Positions 40,492 to 54,122 of a DNA stretch of 64,000 nt are shown here, piece after piece (position 1 is the stretch's first letter; the number at the start of each line of letters is the position of its first letter). The notes beneath the pieces were generated by a model. The model made no database searches, was not told the origin of the DNA, and saw only the letters and a list, made by a program, of their open reading frames with translations. A program made the translations under genes and the position numbers. This DNA comes from Octopus sinensis (lineage: Eukaryota), in the NCBI RefSeq assembly GCF_006345805.1, contig NC_042998.1:73904001-73968000 (forward strand), given 5' to 3'.

Positions 40492-41119
40492 GTGGAGTGA
40501 ATTTTAGAGCATATAAATCTAATTTTCTCCCATCCTTCCTTAATACCGGTTCCCATATGCTATTCATATCTGCACTCGGTCTGCTTAGGAGGTTGTTGTG
40601 TCCTAGCATATGTGCTGCTTCTTTTAGTTTTGGTATTTTCCAGTGGTCTTCTCTGTCTATTAATTTTAACTTCATCCCACAAGGGGAGGTGGCCTCCATT
40701 TTTCCATACATGATCAGCTATACCCGATTTATCGATATCTTCTCGTGTCACAGCTTTGCAATGATCAAGCTCAGTAACAATCTAGTAAGCAACAACTACC
40801 CCAAAAACATACTATGTTTAAAATTACACTCCTTCATGTCTCTGACAATCTCTGCTCTCACTTTATCATTCTAATATCCTCCATCATATCCGATTTGACT
40901 GTTTTTACGATTAAGATTGTGTTTCTGTCTTCCAGCATATATTCAGCTTTATCTAAATAATGGCTGTCAGGTGCTTTCTCTCGAATTACCAGAAGAAAAA
41001 ATTTAGTAGATTTTATTCTCACTCGAATTATTAAATCTATAAAACTACGAATGATTATCAAAGCAGAGAACACTACAATGACAGCTCCTATTTATTCACT
41101 ACATAACAACAACTTTTCT

Positions 41120-41537
41120 TATTTCTTTACTGGCCACAAGGGGCTACAGACAGACGGGACAAACAAGCACAGACAAACGAATTAAGTCGATTACATCGAC
41201 CCCAGTGCGTAACTGGTACTTATTTAATCGACTTCGAAAGGATGAAAGGCAAAGTCGACCTCGGCAGAATTTGAACTCAGAACGTAGCGGTAGACAAAAT
41301 GCCTATTTCTTTACTACCCACAAGAGGCTAAACATAGAGGGGACAAACAAGGACAGTCAAACGGATTTTGTCGATTACATTGACCCCAGTGCGTAACTGG
41401 TACTTATTTAATCGACCCCGAAAGGATGAAAGGCAAAGTCGACCTCGGCGGAATTTGAACTCAGAACGTAACGGCAGACGAAATACGGCTATGCATTTCG
41501 CCCGGCGTGCTAATGTTTCTGCCAGCTCGCCACCTTA
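41120..41537 (-). mobile_element. Tandem S2 SINEs (one headless, one full)
   Basis: Duplicated GACCCCAGTGCGTAACTGGTACTTATTTAATCGAC core. Confidence 0.88.
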
Positions 41538-42159
41538 GAGCTACAACGTTTCTACGTAGCTACAACGTATACGCCCACAAACTTCACTAGGAAACCTCTC
41601 TTCATTTGTTATCTTCATTAGTACAACCAATACTCAATACCAAAATGATCCCTTCAAATCTTTAACCCAATTACCACCTTCTACTTCTGTTTCCCTTGAC
41701 AGAAGTTCATCCAGGCAAAGAATTATAACGTGTTCACTTGACTTGTGGAAAATAGCAACCAAATCCCTCTTTAAATCACGCCTTTCCGCCTTAAAAAAAG
41801 GTAAGGATATATTAGATAAGTACTATCTGAATAAAAGACAGAATTAGTTTGACAAGATCTTCTTTGATTATTGATATGATGGTTCAGGAGCGACCTGCGG
41901 TTAAAGAGCAACAGCATCAGCTTGCCGGGGTTTAAACAGAATATCAACCCCATACCCACGCAGCATATAGAGGAGCAACAAATACCATTGACACAACCCT
42001 TTCTCTCTAAGCCAAAACGTAAAAATGTATAACCATTAATATTTTGTTTCTATGTTCGTTTCGCCGCTACGTAGTTTCGAGTAGAATCCTGCTATACAGT
42101 GGCTTAGGTAAGCCTCTTCTTCCTTAAACTCGAGTTAACCAATACCTTATGATTGGAAT

Positions 42160-42415
42160 GTGGAGGCGCATGGATTAGTGGTTAGTGCGTTGGATTCATG
42201 ATCGTGAGCTTGTGGTTTCGATTCTTGAAGCGGGCAACGCGTTGTGTTCTTAAGCAAAACACTTCTTTTCGCGTTACTTCAGTTTCTCTCAGCTGGCAAA
42301 ATTGGGTCATTCTACAACGGACCGGCGTCCCATTCAGGTGGCGAATATATACGCCACGGAAACCGGAAAACAGGCCCTTATGAGTCTGCATGACTCGAGA
42401 AGAAACTTCACCTTT
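42160..42415 (+). mobile_element. SINE group S3 with 13-bp TSD
   Basis: TTATGATTGGAAT at 42147-42159 and 42416-42428; head GGAGGCGCATGGATTAGTGG. Confidence 0.88.
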
Positions 42416-42636
42416 TTATGATTGGAATACGTTGGATGAAAACTGAATTCAAACCAATCGAATTGGTCGTTCCTCTTGTTCGGCGGCAGACTTAACCCTC
42501 CACCCGGTCTATCACCACCACATGCTTTATGAGAGTTTTAAATGAGTCTAAAGTACACAGTATTGCATGCATTTGAGGTTAACTACCTCTTGCCAGTCAG
42601 GAATGTTCTGAGTAAGTAATACACTACATCCTAATA

Positions 42637-42983
42637 TAGGCGCAGGTGTAGCTGTGTGGTAAGAAGCTTGCTTCCTAACCACATGGTCTCGGGTTCAGTC
42701 TCACTGCGCAACACCTTGGGCAAGTGTCTTCTACTATGTTCTTTTATTCTTTTACTTGATTCAGTCATTTGACTGCTCCATGCTGGAACACCGCCTTTAG
42801 TCGAACGAATCACCCCAGGACTTATTCTTTGTAAGCCTAGTACTTACTCTATCGGTCACTTTTGCCAAACCGCTAAGTTATGGGGATATAAACACACCAA
42901 CATCGATTGTCAAGCTAGGTGGGGGACAAACAAACACATACACAAACACACACACGCAAATACACACATACATATATTATATG

Positions 42984-43040
<57 letters not shown>

Positions 43041-43166
43041 GCCGGGCTTCTTTCAGTTTCCGTCTACCAAATCCACTCACTACTATAGCTCAAGGCTACT
43101 ATAGCCTTGAGCCGACCAAAGGCTTGTGAGGGGATTTGGTAGACGGAAACTGAAAGAAGCCCGTCG

Positions 43167-43219
<53 letters not shown>

Positions 43220-43230
43220 TGTGTGTGTGC

Positions 43231-43261
<31 letters not shown>

Positions 43262-43465
43262 ATGTGTCTGTCTGTCTGTCCCGCCACCTAGCCTCCCAAC
43301 CGATGTTAGTGTGTTTACGTCCCCGTAACTTACCGGTTCAGCAAAAAAGACCGATAGAATAAGAACTAGGCTTACAAATAATAAGTCTTGGGACCTATTT
43401 GTTCGACTAAAAGCGTTGCTCCAGCATGGTGACAGTCAAATGACTGAACGAAGTAAAAGAATAAA
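42637..43465. mobile_element. Nested inverted S1 SINEs
   Basis: + head 42637-42735, - copy about 42742-43085, remainder of the + copy about 43088-43465. Confidence 0.8.
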
Positions 43466-43494
43466 GCAATATTGTACCGACTGGATTATCGGAT

Positions 43495-43717
43495 GGCGTT
43501 ATACACTGCTGGTCACAATGCGCTTCCTTGCACTGTTGTAGCATTCAAATGATGCGAGTCCATCGCACGGTTACGCATTTACAACTGTGAGAACTGCAGC
43601 AACGTGAATTGAGATGTTTTGCGCAAGAGAACAACGAACTGCCCTTTCATGGAATCGAAACTGCGGTCTTGCGATCGTGAGTGTAATACCCGAACCGCTA
43701 GGCGCACACGCCTTCAC
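43495..43717 (-). mobile_element. SINE group S3 with RTE-derived tail, degraded
   Basis: Head, core, and tail TTATACACTGCTGGTCACAATGCG. Confidence 0.7.
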
Positions 43718-44019
43718 ATTCTATTGTGAGTTGTAGAAAATAACAGGGAAATAGCACCTTGGAAGTTGAAATGCTCTCACTTGGAAATGTAAATAGATTT
43801 TCTGATAGTGTTTTTTTCTGATAGTGTTTATTAAACGATAAATGAAAGATTTATACAGTAAACAACGGGGTAACAGTTCGACATAACATAATAGGCAAAC
43901 AATCTAGAATGCAATCTCGATGCGGTTTAAGACATAAGGTTTTACTGCTAGTTTTAATTCATTCCCAAAGGCAGCCATCTCCGGTATCATTAAACCGAAC
44001 GAAGAAATAACCAGATGAT

Positions 44020-44037
44020 GAAGGTAGTAGTAGTAGC

Positions 44038-44086
<49 letters not shown>

Positions 44087-44158
44087 ATGGTGGTGGTGGT
44101 GGTAGTGGTGGTGGTGGTCGGGGTCGTGGTGGTGGTCGGTGTCGTGGTGGTGGTCGTG

Positions 44159-44195
<37 letters not shown>

Positions 44196-44273
44196 CAGCA
44201 GCAGCAGTAGTAGTAGTAGTAGTAGTAGTTTTAGTAGAAGTAGTAGCAGCAGCAGTAACAGCAGCAGTAGCAA

Positions 44274-44314
<41 letters not shown>

Positions 44315-44315
44315 A
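44020..44315. repeat. (GTA)n/(GGT)n/(GCA)n trinucleotide tract
   Basis: Directly visible. Confidence 0.95.
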
Positions 44316-46651
44316 CAATAAACATGTCGAGCACTCGAATCGTTTTATTTTATTTTTTTGTCTCGTTTTTGTTTGTTTTTGTTTTTTGCTTTGTCTTTTT
44401 TTTCTCTGCAGCTGGCTCTGAAGTTGTGTATGTTTCGAGTGCAAACGTGTGTTTTTCTATATTTTTACCTGAAAATTCTTCTTTCAAATATTTTTAATTA
44501 CATCACGTGATTCTTACGTTAGAAGACATTCACAAGATGGAAACGGATTTAGATTTTGTCTGTTTACTTTATTCTTATGAAATCATTTCTTCTCCTACCT
44601 ACCTACTATCTCTCTCCCTCTCTCTCTCTCTATTTCTCTTCTCTCTCTTTCTCTCTCTCTCTCTCACTCCCTCTGTCTTTCTGTCTCTTTCTTTCTTTCT
44701 CTCTCTATCTCTCTCTATTCCAAACATCCAAATTACAGTCTCAACCATCTGCTTATGTCTGTCCCTGGAAGGGAAAAGCCCATTAAAATTCTATAAACGA
44801 AATTTCGTTCCCAATTTGATAGAAATACAGAAATAAACTAGGCTGCTAAATCTGTTGGGTTATGAGTTCAATTCTATATCTTGCAGAAGATATTCAAAAT
44901 AGTACCAGTTAACCATTTCCTTGGATCTTTATAGTTCCGCTAGAAAGAAGTGACAAAACAGTCATTGAGATTGATAGAAGTATCTAGAGACTCTAGATGA
45001 TGATACTACTACTACTACTACTGATATCTTCCGCAGAAACACGACATAGCCTACACATGAGGTTACACCTTGGGATTACAAGAGCATCACTGTCTCTCTT
45101 GTTCACCAGGTACTTTGTGGCAGTCTGTATGTATGTATGTATGTATGTATGTATGTATGTATGTATGTATGTATGTATGTATGTGTATGACAGTTTTCAC
45201 ACTGTTTCTATCTACCAAATTCTTCGTTCACAAGACATTTGTGAGCCCGCGGCTGTAATAGAAGACTCTTGCTCAAAGTACGACACAATGAAATTGAACC
45301 CGAAACCACGTAAATGTGAAGCAAACTTCATAATCACGCAGCCATGCCGTCGCATAAGTCCAGAAAAGGAAACGAACAGTATGGTCAAGGCTGGATTGTC
45401 TTTGATCAAGTCTGCCCGATCAGGTCTAGTCTAACAACAAAAACAACAAAAGCAACTACTACCGCTGCTGCTACTGTTGCTATTACTACCCCAACATACA
45501 AATCAATTCCATTACACACGTTTTCCCTTAAAGAGAATATTAAAGATAATGGTGACAGTATTGACAGGTAACAGCTGATTGGTTTCTCTGCTGTTGATCA
45601 CAAAATATCCAGATAGGTGAGACATCTACTGTATCTTTATCACGTAGAAAAGAAGCATATCGATGGAATGCAAGACATTGACAGTGAGTCATAAATCTTG
45701 GAATTTTTTTTAAACCCTTTCTGAGATTCAGATTTTCTTCCTGGTATAGATCCGTTAAAAACAGTTGATCTCGAGTTACACGTCACACAGCTGTCTTACA
45801 TGCTTTCAATTAAATTTTAAAAGAAATTAAATTATTTTCTTTCTTTCTCCCTAACCTGCCAGTGAGTATGAACTACACCCTGATTTAATCTTTTTTATAA
45901 GTCTTCCGCAAAGTAATACATGCAGTTGGAGTACTTTCATACATACTCCTGTTCCTGTCATTTCGTTCGTTTGAAGCCATCTTTCTCGAATCACACCCAT
46001 TACATCCGTTTCATGTGACATATATTCTCTATAATATTACAAACACATCCTTTCTCTCTGCAACAACATTTGCCTCCGAAGTCTTCTAACGAAATAATTT
46101 GTTTAGTTTGGCTTCTCTCTGCTGCTCTTACCGCTTCGTCTTCATTTTCGTCAACAGGAAGCAAAGAGACAGCTTTTACACGGTCCTAAATTTGCATTAG
46201 TTAATTTAGTCAGTAGCTCTAGACAGACAAAAGCATGGCTCAAATATCGCTTCCCATAGATCAGTTAAACTAGGGTTGAACTAAGGCTAAACAAGAACAA
46301 CATCGATGTTATCAAAGTAATTCTTTCTAGTTTTGGCATAAAGCCTGCAATATTGAAAGTCGAGGGCAAGTCGGTTGCAGCAGCCCTAGTGTTTTACTGT
46401 TACTTTATTTTACCAATGAAAGGCAAAGTTAAGCTCGGCGGAATTTGAGCTCAGAACATAAAGAAGTTTAAAGAAGCGCAAGAAGCATTTTCTCTGTTAC
46501 GCTAATGATTCTGCCGGCTCGTCATTTTGATATTATCAAGATAATAAAAAAAAGAAAAACAGCTTCTTCAAAACGAAAGGTTTTTTTTTCAGAAAATTAT
46601 GCTCTGTTAGTGAAGGTCTGTCGTATATATGTATGTGTGTGCGTATGTGTG

Positions 46652-46713
<62 letters not shown>

Positions 46714-46800
46714 ATATATAAATAATAATATTAGGGAATAAATCCAAATTACAGGGAAAAAATCAGATTTAGGATTAAATCCAATTTTATAGTAAAATAT

Positions 46801-46963
46801 TATAAAATATTATTAGAGACAAAACCACTATTTTGCAAAACAAACAAGGAAAGACTTAATCAATACATAAAATTTTTTTTGACTATTTATTAAAATTTTA
46901 TGTATTGATTAAGTCTTTCCTTGTTTGTTTTGCAAAATAGTGGTTTTGTCTCTAATAATATTT

Positions 46964-46967
<4 letters not shown>
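46801..46967. repeat. Fold-back palindrome (76-bp arms, 15-nt spacer) beside (TA)n
   Basis: TATAAAATATTATTAGAGACAAAACCACTATTTTGCAAAAC... and its reverse complement. Confidence 0.92.
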
Positions 46968-47061
<94 letters not shown>

Positions 47062-47190
47062 ATATATATATATACACATAGATATATTCATATATACATA
47101 CATACATATATGCATGCATACATACATGCATACATACATGCATACATACATACATGCATGCATGCATACATACATACATACATACATACA

Positions 47191-47223
<33 letters not shown>

Positions 47224-47545
47224 GTGGGTGTGCGTGTGTACTTGTGTTTGTCTCCTACCGGTGGTTGACAGCCGGTGCTGATTTCTTTACATCGCCATAA
47301 CTTAACGGTTCAGCAAACAGAGGCCAACAACATAAGTACCAGGTTTAAAATTTGCTTGAATAAAGCTCTTTAAGGCGGTGTCGGAACATGAATGCAGTCC
47401 AATGACGAAAAGAAATAACAGATAAAATGTAAGAAATTTCAGTTACTGTCATCAATGTCTTCCCTTTTTTTTTTTTTTTTGTCTTTGCTCATTTATTTGT
47501 AAAGCTGCCACAACATTTAAGAAACATTTCTACCATTCTACCACT

Positions 47546-47838
47546 ATGGCACTCCGAGGATTCCAGCTGATCCTATCTTCCGAACAGCCAGCTCACAAAA
47601 TTAATGTGCAAGTGGCTGAGCACTCCACAAACACACGTTCTCATGATGACTGCGTGAGAGAGATTGTGACAAGGCTGACCCTTTCAAATACAGATACTAC
47701 TCGTTTTTGCCAGCTGAGTGGAATGGAGCAACGTGAAATAAAATGTCTTGCTCAAGGACACAATGCGCCGCCGGGTATCGAACCCACGACTTTACGGTCG
47801 TGAACCGAGTACCCTAACCACTAAGCCACGTGCCTTCA
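47546..47838 (-). mobile_element. SINE group S3 with a different body
   Basis: Head CCACTAAGCCACGTGCCTTC, core GGAGCAACGTGAAATAAAATGTCTTGCTCAAGG. Confidence 0.82.
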
Positions 47839-47849
47839 GCATTGTACCA

Positions 47850-48125
47850 CTGATATAAGCATTGTATTACTGCTTCCATCACCGTGGTAAGGCTATTACT
47901 ACCACTGTGTGACTGCCATTGGATGACTACCACTGGATGGCTACCACTATGCCACAGTTAGAGTAGTATTACCAATGTACTACAACCACTAGCACAACCA
48001 TTCCACCATTACCACTGTGTACCAGTGAAACTGTACGTCTGCTTCGGCCACTCTTACTATTGCCACCACCTTCAACAACCACACTACCAACATCATCACT
48101 ACCACCAGCGCAATCACCACAATCC

Positions 48126-48168
<43 letters not shown>

Positions 48169-48510
48169 CACCGTTGCTATCATCACTATCACCGTCGCCA
48201 TCATCTTCACTACCACCACTACTACTACTATACCTTCACTATCATCACCACCATGACCACCACCACCACCACCACCACCACCACCACCACCATCACCACT
48301 AGCACCACCGCCAAAAGAGCTCTCTCACAAATCCCCACTGAAGTATGTTGTCAGAAGCCGGAGATGTTATATATCAAATGAAGAGCTGTGAGTACTTTGA
48401 GACGACTTACTATTGTTGTTGTTGTTGCTGGTAGTAGTGGTGGTGATGGTGGAGGTGATGGTAGTGGGGCGGCAGTGGTAGCGGTGGCGGTGGCGGTGGT
48501 GGTGTTATTG
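47850..48510. repeat. (CAC)/(TAC)/(GGT) low-complexity tracts
   Basis: Directly visible; source of the poly-H/T/V ORFs. Confidence 0.9.
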
Positions 48511-48655
48511 CTCTTTCTACTCGTGATAAATGGTCTTTCTGGAGATTTAACCAGGCTCACTGGAGTATGTATATGTGCAAGCATATAAGAGTATGTACAT
48601 ACATACATATGCACGTATGTACGTATGTATGTACATATATATACATATATATATA

Positions 48656-48689
<34 letters not shown>

Positions 48690-48929
48690 CTACATCCTCT
48701 CTCTCTCTCTCCCCCCCTCCCCGTCTCCCTCTATCCATCCTTCCAGCTGTCTATCTTTCACTCCCTTGATATTACTTAATCTCAGCCAACTCAGTAGAAA
48801 TATCTTCTCCACTGACCTGACCTCTCCAGTTTTTCAGATACTAACCTACAATTAATCTCTCGCTGCCTCCTTCACTTCTCATTCACCCCATCTTTCAGTC
48901 TTTCTCTTTTACACGCGTACATATATAAA

Positions 48930-49075
48930 TTTCCACACATACATGCTTATATTGCACGTGTGTAAGTATCTATATGTATACGTATCTATATGTATACGTA
49001 TACACACATGCACACACACACACACACATATAATGCATGCATACACATGTATATATATATATATATATATAATAT

Positions 49076-49108
<33 letters not shown>

Positions 49109-49334
49109 TATATAACATACATACATATTGTATATATATATGTATGTATAATATATATATATATGTATATAGATATACCACACACACATATACATATACA
49201 TACATACACACACACACAACACACATATATATAACGCATGCATACACATGTATATATATATATATATATTATATATATACACATACATATATATGTATAT
49301 ATATATATATATGTATGTATAATATATAATATAT

Positions 49335-49370
<36 letters not shown>

Positions 49371-49377
49371 TATACAT

Positions 49378-49463
<86 letters not shown>

Positions 49464-49550
49464 TATGTATGTATGTATGTATGTAGTATGTGTGTTTATG
49501 TATGTATGTATGTTGTATGTATGTATGTATGTATGTATGTATGTATATAT
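48930..49550. repeat. Compound TA/CA/TATG microsatellite with internal higher-order duplication
   Basis: Directly visible; ATGCATACACATGTATATATA and CACACACATATACATATACATACATACACAC recur. Confidence 0.9.
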
Positions 49551-50329
49551 TCTTTCGTTACTTACTGGATTGCGTAGTGTAAACTCTGTTAAGATGTACT
49601 GCCACATCAATTTATTCCTGTTAAGTTTATCTCTGAAATCCGCCCCTCGTCCCGTCTCCACTTCATTCTACTACCACAACTTCTTTTTCTTCTCTAAAAT
49701 GAGAGAAAAAGAAAGAGAGAGAGAGAGAGAAGAAGAAGAACTTGCTTATTTTGTCAGTATTTCTTCAGATAATGAGTACAAAACTTTCATTAAAAATTTA
49801 CTGCGAAAATAAATTACTCTTATTTTGCTTGAACAACTATTGAGCAAAGGAGATTGTTTATCAGAATGGATGTCCTAATGTTTTCTGTTTTTCTCTTCCC
49901 CCCCCCCCCATAAACTGACAGATCCTGGTGTCCGCAAAGCTATTAACATCTAGTGCTTTCTCTTCTCCTAAACCATCCCACTTTACACCCATCTAATCAC
50001 TTTCTCACCTACATATATGTAACGGAGTTGAAACTTACGAGAGTCATGTTGCTTACATGAGGGGGCAGCACCAGCATACATTTTGCACCTACCAAATTCA
50101 CTCACAAAGCATAATTTTCTTAAAAAAAAAAGTTTCATTTTGAACGAACCTCGTTTATGTGTGTGTTGTGTGTGTGTGTGTGTGTCATGGCTTTTATTTT
50201 AAACTGTCATATGTCTGATTTTGGTCAAATGCGCTTTTTTCAATACTTATTTTTGTTTGGTTTTTTTGTTCAAACTCTCGTATCTCCAGCTGACGTACGA
50301 CACTTTTGCATAACAGCAACGCCCTATAT

Positions 50330-50410
<81 letters not shown>

Positions 50411-50577
50411 TATAGTATGTATGTATGAATATATATATTGCGGAGATGTACTTTCATAGCAGTGATTTGATCTGAGATCGTGTGCTGAAACAAAAACAAT
50501 TACAGCGTGGAAGATGTTTGTAAGCCATTTAAGAACGCACAAAAACCGTTAGTTTCACTTCCACATTTAAATTTAAT

Positions 50578-50617
50578 TTTTGTCAAAATATTTTCGTTGC
50601 TTCTGCAACCTTGTCAA
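50578..50617 (-). ncRNA. Hammerhead variant with U3-A8 core (stem I disrupted) in a repeat homologous to 63849-64000
   Basis: Minus strand: CA UUGACAA G GUUGC-AGAA-GCAAC GAAA AUAU U U / UGACAAA. About 100 bp of flank aligns with the 63.9-kb copy. Confidence 0.65.
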
Positions 50618-50737
50618 TGGATGTTGACTCTGTCCGTTATCAGCGTTGCGTTCCTTTTGTCTATGTATTGTGTGTGGGGGGTTCTTATGTCGTTAACGAC
50701 AAGTGAGAGCTCAGTAAAATGAAGCGATGATCATGTT

Positions 50738-50960
50738 CTATTGACACACATGTGTCTTGAGACCTGCCGATGTTTTGCAAACATTTTGGCAAATGGAACA
50801 AGCTAAGGAATCAGTTTGCTCGAGTGCTTGTGGATCATGTACTATGTGTTTTCTTGAGCGGACGGCAAGACCTGCTTTGATTCGTGCCACAAAACCACAA
50901 TGACAGGTAAGGTTTCCATTTAGAGGAGCGGTGTTTTGCCGGCGTGCTTCCATGCTTGCA
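50738..50960 (-). mobile_element. LINE (RTE-like) C-terminal zinc-finger fragment
   Basis: TCHCGFVARIKAGLAVRSRKH and CSICQNVCKTSAGLKTH resemble the tandem C2H2-like ends of RTE ORFs. Confidence 0.55.
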
Positions 50961-51304
50961 TGATGTTGGTCCCAATATTGGAGTCGACTTCGCTCGACGA
51001 GCTAACAGAATCATTAAGCGCGTCGGAGAAAATACCTAGGCGCATATCTTCCGGCTCTCTATGTTCAGAACTCAAATTCCACCGAGCTGAACCATGCATT
51101 TCGTTTTTTCGGCGGTTGATAAAATAAAATACCTGTGAAGCACCTAGGGTCATTGTAATCAACTTGCCCTCGACCTTCAAAATTGCTGGCTTTATGAGAA
51201 GTGAGATCGTTGTACTCAATACTTTTAAAAGTGAATATCTGTTAGTTCGCTAGGCATCACATGATTGCCTTAGGTTGCCATGGAATATTTTTCGGGATTT
51301 TTCA

Positions 51305-51899
51305 TCGCATCGTTTATTTTTTATCTATTCTACTTCAGTTATTTGGCTGTGGTCATGCGTGGCGCACCGTCTTGTGGAATTTACTCGAAAACATCGCCCC
51401 GACTGCTTATGTTTACGGGGACGTAAGCAGACCAACACCGGTTGTCAAGCGGTGAGGGGGGGAAGGCAAACATAAACACACACACACACACACATCTTCT
51501 ATTTTTTTATATCTTACTTGTTTCGGTGATTAGACTGCGGCCATACTGGGGCACCACCTTGAAGGATTTTAGTCAAACGAATCGACCCCAGTACATTTCT
51601 ATCTTAAGTGTAGTACTTATTCTATCGAACTCATTTGTCGAACTGCTAAGTTACAGGAACGTAAACATCCCGACACAAGTTGTGTGTTTGTGTGTCTGTA
51701 TTTGCACACACCCAACATCGCTTGACAAACGATGCTGGTGTGTTTACGTCCCCGTAACTTAGCGTTTCGGCTAAAGAGACCGATAGAATAAGTACTAGGC
51801 TGACAAAGAATAAGCGGTGGAGTCGATTTGCTCGACTAAAGGCGGTGCTCCAGCATGACTGCAGTCAAATGACTGAAACAAATAAGAGAATAAAGAGTA

Positions 51900-51964
<65 letters not shown>

Positions 51965-52256
51965 GAGACCAATAGAATAAGAACTAGGCTTACAAAGAAT
52001 AAGTCCTGGGGTCGATTTACTCGACTAAAGGCGGTGCTCCAGCATGGCCTCAGTCAAATGACTGAAACAAGTAAAAGAGTTATGTGCGTGTATATATATT
52101 ATATATATATAATATATATATATATCCACTCACAAGGCTTTGGTCGGCCCAAGGCTATATTGGAAGACACTTACCCAAAGTGCCATGCAGTGGTAGTGAT
52201 CCCGGTACCATGTGGTTGGGATGCAAACTTCTTACCACACAGCTACGCCTGCGCTG
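51305..52256. mobile_element. Cluster of five S1 SINE fragments in mixed orientation
   Basis: Repeated CAGTCAAATGACTGAAAC tails and head pieces on both strands. Confidence 0.8.
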
Positions 52257-52679
52257 CACCTATGAAGGGAATCACCAGAATATTGTCCGACCAAAACATA
52301 TTTTATGAAAGATGTGTTGTGAGCTGTTAAATGTCTCGGTGTAACTATTTTTTCCAATAGCGTTTATGTTTTTCAGTTGGTTAATATTATAATTTTTTCT
52401 CATTTGAGACATCTTGAATTCAAACATATATTAAATATGCAATATATAAAACATTTAGAATGTACGCATGCATGTATGTGTTGTGAATGTGTTTGTGTGA
52501 CGAGAGTGTAAACTTATCAGAGGAATGATTGTATTGAGCTGGTCACCAGCCAATCTGCCTCCATTCAGAGACATTGCTAATAAAAACTTTATGAAAATCA
52601 AAAATAACATCAATTAATGTTAAGAAATCATAAAACGAATTATTTCTCTCTCTCTCTCTTTCTCTTTCTCTCTCTCTCG

Positions 52680-52722
<43 letters not shown>

Positions 52723-52859
52723 CTGCCCCTTCACTCGTCCGTCCTTTTTACTTATAAACTATAGTGATGTTATGAGTCACCGGCAGAAACTTATATTTAT
52801 CATTGAGGAATACATACAGACACACATACATATATACTTATATATATAAATATATTATA

Positions 52860-52902
<43 letters not shown>

Positions 52903-53660
52903 TATATATATATAATATATATATATTCAAATACAATTATATATATATACACACACACACATATATATATATACATACACACACACACACGCACACTTAC
53001 ATATATCATAAACGCGCGCACACCCACTTGTGTGCTTATGTGGAAATTAGCTATCCACAGTAGCAACAACAAAAGCAGCGAGCAAACTCAGAAGCCAAAC
53101 TATTGAAAAGAACAGCTGTGGCACCATGAATACATTAAGTTGTATAAAGCAAACGTAGTTTATGCATTTTGATGATTCTAGTAAGCTGTCATGTCAGTGA
53201 AAGTTTTATTAGTTTTACGAAACAGCAAACATTACGGCAAACAAGTGTGTTCGGTTGCTGTGGCTGCTTTCATATTTACAAATCCAATACACAGCAAGAA
53301 GGAAGAAATTTTATTATCTTTTTTTTATGAGAATACCAACGACCGCACCAATATCCTTGCATTCCAAGTATTTTCTTTGATTTGGTTTATGGGGAGATAT
53401 CAGGGCCTAGTGAAGGAACTTTGTTGCGTTATGTTTAATTGCTGTTTTAGTTTTTAAAGTTTGAAGTCAGTAAGTAGAACAATCAAAGAACAAAAGATCC
53501 ATATGATGTTTGTTCAAGTCCTGAAGTCAATATTACTTTAATAAAACTATAAGTCTGCGCAAATAAAACACACCAGCGCAATCTGTAAGAGTCATCTAAC
53601 CTAAAACGATAAACAGGCAGGTTTTATTATTCCTAATGTTTTCAGCGTTAAAAATATGCA

Positions 53661-53728
53661 AGATTTTGAAATATTAGAGATTAGCTAAGAACAAAGATTT
53701 TGAAATATTAGAGATTAGCTAAGAACAA
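53661..53728. repeat. Perfect 34-bp tandem duplication
   Basis: AGATTTTGAAATATTAGAGATTAGCTAAGAACAA twice. Confidence 0.9.
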
Positions 53729-54122
53729 AGGAGACAGCGCTGTTCGTTGAAAACATTTGAAATAACTAAATCTTAATTAAAAAGTGGTCAGCGATTGTTT
53801 AATTATAATCTAATCATTAATTAATCTTGATTCCCGATGTCATTTGATATTTTCTTAATTCATACAGTATCAGTAGGCAATGACGAATTAAATATACTGT
53901 GAGAAATTTATAGTTAATAAGTTAATACAGTGCACTGACGAAGTGTAATAAACAATGCTCGCATTTGTCTCCCTTGCTTGTTCAGCTAAAAAATAATACT
54001 ATTTAAAACCTGATTTTTTTTATTACTATCGTTTTTAAAATTAATGTGATTATTTCTGAAGAAGGAAACATTGAACTCGGAACTAAAAGAATCGGAATGA
54101 AGTACTGCAAACATTTGGTCCG

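Larger units (their letters stand above)
40250..41000 (-). mobile_element. Penelope-like element remnant (RT N-terminal scrap, GIY-YIG C-terminus, 3' pseudo-LTR)
   Basis: KSGIADHVWKNGG.HLPLWDEVKLIDREDHWKIPKLKEAAH matches the Penelope endonuclease tail; HYLDKAEYMLEDRNT resembles the RT N-region; followed by a tRNA-like head and a hammerhead. Confidence 0.8.
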
